Source of the DNA: Eledone cirrhosa
Taxonomy: Eukaryota
Assembly: GCA_964016885.1 (NCBI GenBank)
Contig: OZ024740.1
Span: 28,706,001-28,770,000 of the forward strand
DNA length: 64,000 nucleotides
Direction: 5' to 3'
The position numbers and the translations under genes were made by a program. The stretch's first letter is position 1. The number at the start of each line of letters is the position of its first letter. Under the pieces are notes generated by a model, which ran no database searches, was not told the origin of the DNA, and saw only the letters and a list, made by a program, of their open reading frames with translations. This document shows, piece after piece, positions 43,701 to 57,100 of the stretch.

Positions 43701-46700
43701 ATGTGTCTACTGTGTTAACAGCTGTCTTATATATGCGTCTACTGTGTTAACAGCTGTCTTATATATGTGTCTACTGTGTTAACAGCTGTCTTACATATGT
43801 GTGTACTGTGTCAACAGCTGTGTTATATATGTGTCTACTGTGTTAACAGCTGTCTTATATATGTGTCTACTGTGTTAACAGCTGTCTTATATATGTGTCT
43901 TCTGTGTTAACAGCTGTCTTATATATGTGTCTACTGTGTTAACAGCTGTCTTATATATGTGTCTACTGTGTTAACAGCTGTCTTACATATGTGTGTACTG
44001 TGTCAACAGCTGTGTTATATATGTGTCTACTGTGTTAACAGCTGTCTTATATATGTGTCTACTGTGTTAACAGCTGTCTTATATATGTGTCTTCTGTGTT
44101 AACAGCTGTCTTATATATGTGTCTACTGTGTTAACAGCTGTGTTATATATGTGTCTACTGTGTCAACAGCTGTGTTATATATGTGTCTACTGTGTTAACA
44201 TCTGTCTTACATATGTGTGTACTGTGTCAACAGCTGTGTTATATATTTGTCTACTGTGTTAACAGCTGTCTTATATATGTGTCTACTGTGCTAACAGCTG
44301 TCTTATATATGTGTCTACTGTGTTAACAGATGTCTTATATATGTGTCTACTGTGCTAACAGCTGTCTTATATATGTGTCTACTGTGTTAACAGATGTCTT
44401 ATATATGTGTCTACTGTGTTAACAGCTGTGTTATATATGTGTCTACTGTGTCAACAGCTGTCTTATATATGTGTCTACTGTGTTAACAGCTGTGTTATAT
44501 ATGTGTGTACTGTGCTAACAGCTGTGTTATATATGTGTCTACTGTGTTAACAGCTGTCTTATATATGTCTCTACTGTGTTAACAGCTGTCTTATATATGT
44601 GTCTTCTGTGTTAACAGCTGTCTTATATATGTCTCTACTGTGCTAACAGCTGTCTTATATATGTGTCTACTGTGTTAACAGCTGTCTTATATATGTGTCT
44701 ACTGTGCTAACAGCTGTCTTATATATGTGTCTACTGTGTTAACAGCTGTCTTATATATGTGTCTACTGTGTTAACAGCTGTGTTATATATGTGTCTACTG
44801 TGCTAACAGCTGTCTTATATATGTGTCTACAGTGTCAACAGCTGTCTTATATATCTGTCTACTGTGTCAACAGCTGTCTTATATATGTGTCTACTGTGCT
44901 AACAGCTGTCTTATATATGTGTCTACTGTGCTAACAGCTGTCTTATATATGTGTCTACAGTGTCAACAGCTGTCTTATATATGTGTCTACTGTGTTAACA
45001 GCTGTCTTATATATGTCTCTACTGTGCTAACAGCTGTCTTATATATGTGTCTACTGTGTTAACAGCTGTCTTATATATGTGTCTACTGTGTCAACAGCTG
45101 TCTTATATATGTGTCTACTGTGCTAACAGCTGTGTTATATATGCGTCTACTGTGTCAACAGCTGTCTTATATATGTGTCTACTGTGCTAACAGCTGTGTT
45201 ATATATGTGTCTACTGTGTTAACAGCTGTCTTATATATGTGTCTACTGTGCTAACAGCTGTGTGATATATGTGTCTACTGTGTTAAGAGCTGTCTTATAT
45301 ATGTGTCTACTGTGCTAACAGCTGTCTTATATATGTGTCTACTGTGTTAACAGCTGTCTTATATATGTGTCTACTGTGTTAACAGCTGTCTTATATATGT
45401 GTCTACTGTGTCAACAGCTGTGTTATATATGTGTCTTCTGTGTTAACAGCTGTCTTATATATGCGTCTACTGTGTTAACTGCTGTGTTATATATGTGTCT
45501 ACTGTGTTAACAGCTGTCTTATATATGTGTCTACTGTGTTAACAGCTGTCTTATACATGTGTCTACTGTGTCAACAGCTGTGTTATATATGTGTCTACTG
45601 TGTTAACAGCTGTCTTATATATGTGTCTACTGTGTCAACAGCTGTCTTATATATGTGTCTACTGTGTTAACAGCTGTCTTATATATGTGTCTACTGTGCT
45701 AACAGCTGTCTTATATATGCGTCTTCTGTGTTAACAGCTGTCTTATATATGTGTCTACTGTGTTAACAGCTGTCTTATATATGCGTCTACTGTGTTAACA
45801 GCTGTCTTATATATGCGTCTACTGTGTCAACAGCTGTCTTATATATGCGTCTTGTGTGTTAACAGCTGTCTTATATATGCGTCTACTGTGTCAAGAGCTG
45901 TCTTATATATGTGTCTACTGTGTTAACAGCTGTCTTATATATGCGTCTACTGTGCTAACAGCTGTCTTATATATGTGTCTACTGTGTTAACAGCTGTCTT
46001 ACATATGTGTGTACTGTGTCAACAGCTGTGTTATATATGTGTCTACTGTGTTAACAGCTGTCTTATATATGTGTCTACTGTGTTAACAGCTGTCTTATAT
46101 ATGTGTCTTCTGTGTTAACAGCTGTCTTATATATGTGTCTACTGTGTTAACAGCTGTCTTATATATGTGTCTACTGTGTTAACAGCTGTCTTACATATGT
46201 GTGTACTGTGTCAACAGCTGTGTTATATATGTGTCTACTGTGTTAACAGCTGTCTTATATATGTGTCTACTGTGTTAACAGCTGTCTTATATATGTGTCT
46301 TCTGTGTTAACAGCTGTCTTATATATGTGTCTACTGTGTTAACAGCTGTGTTATATATGTGTCTACTGTGTCAACAGCTGTGTTATATATGTGTCTACTG
46401 TGTTAACATCTGTCTTACATATGTGTGTACTGTGTCAACAGCTGTGTTATATATTTGTCTACTGTGTTAACAGCTGTCTTATATATGTGTCTACTGTGCT
46501 AACAGCTGTCTTATATATGTGTCTACTGTGTTAACAGATGTCTTATATATGTGTCTACTGTGCTAACAGCTGTCTTATATATGTGTCTACTGTGTTAACA
46601 GATGTCTTATATATGTGTCTACTGTGTTAACAGCTGTGTTATATATGTGTCTACTGTGTCAACAGCTGTCTTATATATGTGTCTACTGTGTTAACAGCTG

Positions 46701-48100
46701 TGTTATATATGTGTGTACTGTGCTAACAGCTGTGTTATATATGTGTCTACTGTGTTAACAGCTGTCTTATATATGTCTCTACTGTGTTAACAGCTGTCTT
46801 ATATATGTGTCTTCTGTGTTAACAGCTGTCTTATATATGTCTCTACTGTGCTAACAGCTGTCTTATATATGTGTCTACTGTGTTAACAGCTGTCTTATAT
46901 ATGTGTCTACTGTGCTAACAGCTGTCTTATATATGTGTCTACTGTGTTAACAGCTGTCTTATATATGTGTCTACTGTGTTAACAGCTGTGTTATATATGT
47001 GTCTACTGTGCTAACAGCTGTCTTATATATGTGTCTACAGTGTCAACAGCTGTCTTATATATCTGTCTACTGTGTCAACAGCTGTCTTATATATGTGTCT
47101 ACTGTGCAAACATCTGTCTTATATATGTGTCTACTGTGCTAACAGCTGTCTTATATATGTGTCTACAGTGTCAACAGCTGTCTTATATATGTGTCTACTG
47201 TGTTAACAGCTGTCTTATATATGTCTCTACTGTGCTAACAGCTGTCTTATATATGTGTCTACTGTGTTAACAGCTGTCTTATATATGTGTCTACTGTGTC
47301 AACAGCTGTCTTATATATGTGTCTACTGTGCTAACAGCTGTGTTATATATGCGTCTACTGTGTCAACAGCTGTCTTATATATGTGTCTACTGTGCTAACA
47401 GCTGTGTTATATATGTGTCTACTGTGTTAACAGCTGTCTTATATATGTGTCTACTGTGCTAACAGCTGTGTTATATATGTGTCTACTGTGTTAAGAGCTG
47501 TCTTATATATGTGTCTACTGTGCTAACAGCTGTCTTATATATGTGTCTACTGTGTTAACAGCTGTCTTATATATGTGTCTACTGTGTTAACAGCTGTCTT
47601 ATATATGTGTCTACTGTGTCAACAGCTGTGTTATATATGTGTCTTCTGTGTTAACAGCTGTCTTATATATGCGTCTACTGTGTTAACTGCTGTGTTATAT
47701 ATGTGTCTACTGTGTTAACAGCTGTCTTATATATGTGTCTACTGTGTTAACAGCTGTCTTATACATGTGTCTACTGTGTCAACAGCTGTGTTATATATGT
47801 GTCTACTGTGTTAACAGCTGTCTTATATATGTGTCTACTGTGTCAACAGCTGTCTTATATATGTGTCTACTGTGTTAACAGCTGTCTTATATATGTGTCT
47901 ACTGTGCTAACAGCTGTCTTATATATGCGTCTTCTGTGTTAACAGCTGTCTTATATATGTGTCTACTGTGTTAACAGCTGTCTTATATATGCGTCTACTG
48001 TGTTAACAGCTGTCTTATATATGCGTCTACTGTGTCAACAGCTGTCTTATATATGCGTCTTGTGTGTTAACAGCTGTCTTATATATGCGTCTACTGTGTC
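5500..48100. repeat. Core domain organised as a higher-order repeat of ~62-76 monomers (~2.0-2.4 kb); boundaries approximate
   Basis: The marker CTACAGTGTCAACAGCTGTCTTATATATCTGTC (ORF-track start MSTVSTAVLYICLL) recurs at 7351, 9783, 11927, 18487, 20631, 22871, 26391, 28567, 30807, 32791, 34967, 37367, 40407, 42583, 44823, 47031 and 50167. All spacings are multiples of 32: 76, 67, 205, 67, 70, 110, 68, 70, 62, 68, 75, 95, 68, 70, 69 and 98 monomers. Confidence 0.9.
26391..47270. repeat. Super-HOR made of three HOR units (200-238 monomers, 6.4-7.6 kb)
   Basis: Unit lengths are 68+70+62, 68+75+95 and 68+70+69 monomers. Rare markers: TGTGATAT at 31248/38864/45264, GCAAACAT in the units starting 32791/40407/47031, and ATGGGTCT at 34104/36504/41720. 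Confidence 0.8.
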
Positions 48101-51100
48101 AAGAGCTGTCTTATATATCTGTCTACTGTGTTAACAGCTGTCTTATATATGCGTCTACTGTGTTAACTGCTGTGTTATATATGTGTCTACTGTGTTAACA
48201 GCTGTCTTATATATGTGTCTACTGTGTTAACAGCTGTCTTATATATGTGTCTACTGTGTTAACAGCTGTCTTAAATATGTGTCTACTGTGTTAACAGCTG
48301 TCTTATATATGTGTCTACTGTGTCAACAGCTGTCTTATATATGTGTCTACTGTGTTAACAGCTGTCTTATATATGTGTCTACTGTGTTAACAGCTGTGTT
48401 ATATATGTGTCTACTGTGTCAACAGCTGTCTTATATATGTGTCTACTGTGTTAACAGCTGTCTTATATATGTGTCTACTGTGTTAACAGCTGTCTTACAT
48501 ATGTGTGTACTGTGTCAACAGCTGTGTTATATATGTGTCTACTGTGTTAACAGCTGTCTTATATATGTGTCTACTGTGTTAACAGCTGTCTTATATATGT
48601 GTCTTCTGTGTTAACAGCTGTCTTATATATGTGTCTACTGTGTTAACAGCTGTGTTATATATGTGTCTACTGTGTCAACAGCTGTGTTATATATGTGTCT
48701 ACTGTGTTAACAGCTGTCTTACATATGTGTGTACTGTGTCAACAGCTGTGTTATATATGTGTCTACTGTGTTAACAGCTGTCTTATATATGTGTCTACTG
48801 TGCTAACAGCTGTCTTATATATGTGTCTACTGTGTTAACAGATGTCTTATATATGTGTCTACTGTGCTAACAGCTGTCTTATATATGTGTCTACTGTGTT
48901 AACAGATGTCTTATATATGTGTCTACTGTGTTAACAGCTGTGTTATATATGTGTCTACTTTGTCAACAGCTGTGTTATATATGTGTCTACTGTGTTAACA
49001 GCTGTGTTATATATGTGTGTACTGTGTCAACAGCTGTGTTATATATGTGTCTACTGTGTTAACAGCTGTCTTATATATGTGTCTACTGTGTCAACAGCTG
49101 TGTTATATATGTGTCTACTGTGTTAACAGCTGTCTTAAATATGTGTCTACTGTGTTAACAGCTGTCTTAAATATGTGTCTACTGTGTTAACAGCTCTCTT
49201 ATATATGTGTCTACTGTGTTAACAGCTGGGTTATATATGTGTCTACTGTGTTAACAGTTGTCTTATATATGTGTCTACTGTGTTAACAGCTGTCTTATAT
49301 ATGTGTCTACTGTGTCAACAGCTGTCTTATATATGTCTCTACTGTGCTAACCGCTGTCTTATATATGTGTCTACTGTGTTAACAGCTGTCTTATATATGT
49401 GTCTACTGTGTTAACAGCTGTGTTATATATGTGTCTACTGTGTCAACAGCTGTCTTATATATGTGTCTACTGTGCTAACAGCTGTGTTCTATATGTGTCT
49501 ACAGTGTCAACAGCTGTCCTATATATGTCTCTACTGTGTTAACAGCTGTCTTATATATGTCTCTACTGTGCTAACAGCTGTCTTATATATGTGTCTACAG
49601 TGTTAACAGCTGTCTTATATATGTGTCTACTGTGTCAACAGCTGTCTTATATATGTGTCTACTGTGCTAACAGCTGTCTTATATATGTGTCTACTGTGCT
49701 AACAGCTGTCTTATATATGTGTCTACTGTGTTAACAGATGTCTTATATATGTGTCTACTGTGTTAACAGCTGTGTTATATATGTGTCTACTGTGTCAACA
49801 GCTGTCTTATATATGTGTCTACTGTGTTAACAGCTGTGTTATATATGTGTGTACTGTGCTAACAGCTGTGTTATATATGTGTCTACTGTGTTAACAGCTG
49901 TCTTATATATGTCTCTACTGTGTTAACAGCTGTCTTATATATGTGTCTTCTGTGTTAACAGCTGTCTTATATATGTCTCTACTGTGCTAACAGCTGTCTT
50001 ATATATGTGTCTACTGTGTTAACAGCTGTCTTATATATGTGTCTACTGTGCTAACAGCTGTCTTATATATGTGTCTACTGTGTTAACAGCTGTCTTATAT
50101 ATGTGTCTACTGTGTTAACAGCTGTGTTATATATGTGTCTACTGTGCTAACAGCTGTCTTATATATGTGTCTACAGTGTCAACAGCTGTCTTATATATCT
50201 GTCTACTGTGTCAACAGCTGTCTTATATATGTGTCTACTGTGCTAACAGCTGTCTTATATATGTGTCTACTGTGCTAACAGCTGTCTTATATATGTGTCT
50301 ACAGTGTCAACAGCTGTCTTATATATGTGTCTACTGTGTTAACAGCTGTCTTATATATGTCTCTACTGTGCTAACAGCTGTCTTATATATGTGTCTACTG
50401 TGTTAACAGCTGTCTTATATATGTGTCTACTGTGTCAACAGCTGTCTTATATATGTGTCTACTGTGCTAACAGCTGTGTTATATATGCGTCTACTGTGTC
50501 AACAGCTGTCTTATATATGTGTCTACTGTGCTAACAGCTGTGTTATATATGTGTCTACTTTGTTAACAGCTGTCTTATATATGTGTCTACTGTGCTAACA
50601 GCTGTGTTATATATGTGTCTACTGTGTTAAGAGCTGTCTTATATATGTGTCTACTGTGCTAACAGCTGTCTTATATATGTGTCTACTGTGTTAACAGCTG
50701 TCTTATATATGTGTCTACTGTGTTAACAGCTGTCTTATATATGTGTCTACTGTGTCAACAGCTGTGTTATATATGTGTCTTCTGTGTTAACAGCTGTCTT
50801 ATATATGCGTCTACTGTGTTAACTGCTGTGTTATATATGTGTCTACTGTGTTAACAGCTGTCTTATATATGTGTCTACTGTGTTAACAGCTGTCTTATAC
50901 ATGTGTCTATGGTGTCAACAGCTGTGTTATATATGTGTCTACTGTGTTAACAGCTGTCTTATATATGTGTCTACTGTGTCAACAGCTGTCTTATATATGT
51001 GTCTACTGTGTTAACAGCTGTCTTATATATGTGTCTACTGTGCTAACAGCTGTCTTATATATGCGTCTTCTGTGTTAACAGCTGTCTTATATATGTGTCT

Positions 51101-54100
51101 ACTGTGTTAACAGCTGTCTTATATATGCGTCTACTGTGTTAACAGCTGTCTTATATATGCGTCTACTGTGTCAACAGCTGTCTTATATATGCGTCTTGTG
51201 TGTTAACAGCTGTCTTATATATGCGTCTACTGTGTCAAGAGCTGTCTTATATATGTGTCTACTGTGTTAACAGCTGTCTTATATATGCGTCTACTGTGTT
51301 AACTGCTGTGTTATATATGTGTCTACTGTGTTAACAGCTGTCTTATATATGTGTCTACTGTGTTAACAGCTGTCTTATATATGTGTCTACTGTGTTAACA
51401 GCTGTCTTAAATATGTGTCTACTGTGTTAACAGCTGTCTTATATATGTGTCTACTGTGTCAACAGCTGTCTTATATATGTGTCTACTGTGTTAACAGCTG
51501 TCTTATATATGTGTCTACTGTGTTAACAGCTGTGTTATATATGTGTCTACTGTGTCAACAGCTGTGTTATATATGTGTCTACTGTGTCAACAGCTGTGTT
51601 ATATATGTGTCTACTGTGTTAACAGCTGTCTTACATATGTGTGTACTGTGTCAACAGCTGTGTTATATATGTGTCTACTGTGTTAACAGCTGTCTTATAT
51701 ATGTGTCTACTGTGCTAACAGCTGTCTTATATATGTGTCTACTGTGTTAACAGATGTCTTATATATGTGTCTACTGTGCTAACAGCTGTCTTATATATGT
51801 GTCTACTGTGTTAACAGATGTCTTATATATGTGTCTACTGTGTTAACAGCTGTGTTATATATGTGTCTACTTTGTCAACAGCTGTGTTATATATGTGTCT
51901 ACTGTGTTAACAGCTGTGTTATATATGTGTGTACTGTGTCAACAGCTGTGTTATATATGTGTCTACTGTGTTAACAGCTGTCTTATATATGTGTCTACTG
52001 TGTCAACAGCTGTGTTATATATGTGTCTACTGTGTTAACAGCTGTCTTAAATATGTGTCTACTGTGTTAACAGCTGTCTTAAATATGTGTCTACTGTGTT
52101 AACAGCTCTCTTATATATGTGTCTACTGTTGTAACAGCTGGGTTATATATGTGTCTACTGTGTTAACAGCTGTCTTATATATGTGTCTACTGTGTTAACA
52201 GCTGTCTTATATATGTGTCTACTGTGTCAACAGCTGTCTTATATATGTCTCTACTGTGCTAACAGCTGTCTTATATATGTGTCTACTGTGTTAACAGCTG
52301 TCTTATATATGTGTCTACTGTGTTAACAGCTGTGTTATATATGTGTCTACTGTGTCAACAGCTGTTTTATATATGTGTCTACTGTGCTAACAGCTGTGTT
52401 CTATATGTGTCTACAGTGTCAACAGCTGTCCTATATATGTCTCTACTGTGTTAACAGCTGTCTTATATATGTCTCTACTGTGCTAACAGCTGTCTTATAT
52501 ATGTGTCTACAGTGTTAACAGCTGTCTTATATATGTGTCTACTGTGTCAACAGCTGTCTTATATATGTGTCTACTGTGCTAACAGCTGTCTTATATATGT
52601 GTCTACTGTGCTAACAGCTGTCTTATATATGTGTCTACAGTGTCAACAGCTGTCTTATATAGGTGTCTACTATGTTAACAGCTGTCTTATATATGTCTCT
52701 ACTGTGCTAACAGCTGTCTTATATATGTGTCTACTGTGTTAACAGCTGTCTTATATATGTGTCTACTGTGTCAACAGCTGTCTTATATATGTGTCTACTG
52801 TACTAACAGCTGTGTTATATATGTGTCTACTGTGTCAACAGCTGTCTTATATATGTGTCTACTGTGTTAACAGCTGTCTTATATAGGTGTCTACTGTGCT
52901 AACAGCTGTGTTATATATGTGTCTACTGTGTTAACAGCTGTCTTACATATGTGTCTACTGTGCTAACAGCTGTCTTATATATGTGTCTACTGTGTTAACA
53001 GCTGTCTTATATATGTGTCTACTGTGTTAACAGCTGTCTTATATATGTCTCTACTGTGTCAACAGCTGTGTTATATATGTGTCTTCTGTGTTAACAGCTG
53101 TCTTATATATGCGTCTACTGTGTTAACTGCTGTGTTATATATGTGTCTACTGTGTTAACAGCTGTCTTATATATGTGTCTACTGTGTTAACAGCTGTCTT
53201 ATACATGTGTCTACTGTGTCAACAGCTGTGTTATATATGTGTCTACTGTGTTAACAGCTTTCTTATATATGTGTCTACTGTGTCAACAGCTGTCTTATAT
53301 ATGTGTCTACTGTGTTAACAGCTGTCTTATATATGTGTCTACTGTGCTAACAGCTATCTTATATATGTGTCTACTGTGTTAACAGCTGTCTTATATATGC
53401 GTCTACTGTGTTAACAGCTGTCTTATATATGTGTCTACTGTGTTAACAGCTGTCTTATATATGCGTCTACTGTGTTAACAGCTGTCTTATATATGTGTCT
53501 ACTGTGTCAACAGCTGTCTTATATATGCGTCTACTGTGTTAACAGCTGTCTTATATATGTGTCTACTGTGTTAACAGCTGTCTTATATATGCGTCTACTG
53601 TGTCAACAGCTGTCTTATACATGTGTCTACTGTGTTAACAGCTGTCTTAGATATGCGTCTACTGTGTTAACTGCTGTGTTATATATGTGTCTACTGTGTT
53701 AACAGCTGTCTTATATATGTGTCTACTGTGTCAACAGCTGTCTTATATATGTGTCTACTGTGTTAACAGCTGTCTTAAATATGTGTCTACTGTGTTAACA
53801 GCTGTCTTAAATATGTGTCTACTGTGTCAACAGCTGTGCTATATATGTGTCTACTGTGTTAACAGCTGTCTTATATATGTGTCTACTGTGTTAACAGCTG
53901 TGTTATATATGTGTCTACTGTGTCAACAGCTGTCTTATATATGTGTCTACTGTGTTAACAGCTGTCTTATATATGGGTCTACTGTGTTAACAGCTGTCTT
54001 ACATATGTGTGTACTGTGTCAACAGCTGTGTTATATATGTGTCTACTGTGTTAACAGCTGTCTTATATATGTGTCTTCTGTGTTAACAGCTGTCTTATAT

Positions 54101-57100
54101 ATGTGTCTACTGTGTTAACAGCTGTGTTATATATGTGTCTACTGTGTCAACAACTGTGTTATATATGTGTCTACTGTGTTAACAGCTATCTTACATATGT
54201 GTGTACTGTGTCAACAGCTGTGTTATATATGTGTCTACTGTGTTAACAGCTGTCTTATATATGTGTCTACTGTGCTAACAGCTGTCTTATATATGTGTCT
54301 ACTGTGTTAACAGATGTCTTATATATGTGTCTACTGTGCTAACAGCTGTCTTATATATGTGTCTACTGTGTTAACAGATGTCTTATATATGTGTCTACTG
54401 TGTTAACAGCTGTGTTATATATGTGTCTACTGTGTCAACAGCTGTCTTATATATGTGTCTACTGTGTTAACAGCTGTGTTATATATGTGTGTACTGTGTC
54501 AACAGCTGTGTTATATATGTGTCTACTGTGTTAACAGCTGTCTTATATATGTGTCTACTGTGTCAACAGCTGTGTTATATATGTGTCTACTGTGTTAACA
54601 GCTGTCTTAAATATGTGTCTACTGTGTTAACAGCTCTCTTATATATGTCTCTACTGTGTTAACAGCTGTCTTATATATGTGTCTACTGTGTTAACAGCTG
54701 GGTTATATATGTGTCTACTGTGTTAACAGCTGTCTTATATATGTGTCTACTGTGTTAACAGCTGTGTTATATATGTGTCTACTGTGTTAACAGCTGTCTT
54801 ATATATGTGTCTACTGTGTCAACAGCTGTCTTATATATGTGTCTACTGTGTTAACAGCTGTCTTATATATGTGTCTAGTGTGTCAACAGCTGTCTTATAT
54901 ATGTGTCTACAATGTTAACAGCTGTCTTATATATGTGTCTACTGTGTTAACAGCTGTCTTATATATGTGTCTACTGTGTTAACAGCTGTCTTATATATGT
55001 GTCTACTGTGCTAACAGCTGTCTTATATATGTGTCTACTGTGTTAACAGCTGTCTTATATATGTGTCTACTGTGTTAACAGCTGTCTTATATATGTGTCT
55101 ACTGTGCTAACAGCTGTCTTATATATGTGTCTACTGTGTTAACTGCTGTGTTATATATGTGTCTACTGTGTTAACAGCTGTGTTATATATGTCTACTGTG
55201 TTAACAGCTGTGTTATATATGTGTCTACTGTGTCAACAGCTGTGTTATATATGTGTCTACTGTGCTAACAGCTGTCTTATATATGTGTCTACTGTGTTAA
55301 CAGCTGTCTTATATATGTGTCTACTGTATTAACAGCTGTCGTATATATGCGTCTATTGTGTCAACAGCTGTCTTATATATGTGTCTACAGTGTCAACAGC
55401 TGTCTTATATATGTGTCTACTGTGTTAACAGCCGTGTTATATATGTGTCTACTGTGTTAACTGCTGTGTTATATATGTGTCTACTGTGTTAACTGCTGTG
55501 TTATACATGTGTCTACTGTGTCAACAGCTGTGTTATATATGTGTCTACTGTGTTAACAGCTGTCTTATATATGTGTCTACTGTATTAACAGCTGTCGTAT
55601 ATATGCGTCTATTGTGTCAACAGCTGTCTTATATATGTGTCTACAGTGTCAACAGCTGTCTTATATATGTGTCTACTGTGTTAACAGCCGTGTTATATAT
55701 GTGTCTACTGTGTTAACTGCTGTGTTATATATGTGTCTACTGTGTTAACTGCTGTGTTATACATGTGTCTACTGTGTCAACAGCTGTGTTATATATGTGT
55801 CTACTGTGCTAACAGCTATCTTATATATGTGTCTACTGTGTTAACAGCTGTCTTATATATGTGTCTACTGTGCTAACAGCTGTCTTATATATGTGTCTAC
55901 TGTGTTAACAGCTGTCTTATATATGTGTCTACTGTGTTAACAGCTGTCTTAAATATGTGTCTGCTGTGTTAACAGCTGTCTTATATATGTGTCTACTGTG
56001 TTAACTGCTGTGTTATATATGTGTCTACTGTGTTAACAGCTGTCTTATATATGTGTCTACTGTGCTAACAGCTGTCTTATATATGTGTCTACTGTGTTAA
56101 CAGCTGTCTTATATATGTCTACTGTGTTAACTGCTGTGTTATATGTGTGTCTACTGTGTTAACTGCTGTGTTATATATGTGTCTACTGTGTTAACAGCTG
56201 TGTTATATATGTCTACTGTGTTAACAGCTGTGTTATATATGTGTCTACTGTGTCAACAGCTGTGTTATATATGTGTCTACTGTGTTAACAGCTGTCTTAT
56301 ATATGTGTCTACTGTGTTAACAGCTGTCTTATATATGCGTCTACTGTGTTAACAGCTGTCTTATATATGTGTCTACTGTGTTAACAGCTGTCTTATATAT
56401 GCGTCTACTGTGTCAACAGCTGTCTTATATATGTGTCTACTGTGTTAACAGCTGTCTTATATATGCGTCTACTGTGTTAACTGCTGTGTTATATATGTGT
56501 CTACTGTGTTAACAGCTGTCTTATATATGTGTCTACTGTGTTAACAGCTGTCTTATATATGTGTCTACTGTGTTAACAGCTGTCTTAAATATGTGTCTAC
56601 TGTGTTAACAGCTGTCTTATATATGTGTCTACTGTGTCAACAGCTGTGTTATATATGTGTCTACTGTGTTAACAGCTGTCTTATATATGTGTCTACTGTG
56701 TTAACAGCTGTGTTATATATGTGTCTACTGTGTCAACAGCTGTCTTATTTATGTGTCTACTGTGTTAACAGCTGTCTTATATATGTGTCTTCTGTGTTAA
56801 CAGCTGTCTTATATATGTGTCTACTGTGTTAACAGCTGTGTTATATATGTGTCTACTGTGTCAACAACTGTGTTATATATGTGTCTACTGTGTTAACAGC
56901 TATCTTACATATGTGTGTACTGTGTCAACAGCTGTGTTATATATGTGTCTACTGTGTTAACAGCTGTCTTATATATGTGTCTACTGTGCTAACAGCTGTC
57001 TTATATATGTGTCTACTGTGTTAACAGATGTCTTATATATGTGTCTACTGTGCTAACAGCTGTCTTATATATGTGTCTACTGTGTTAACAGATGTCTTAT

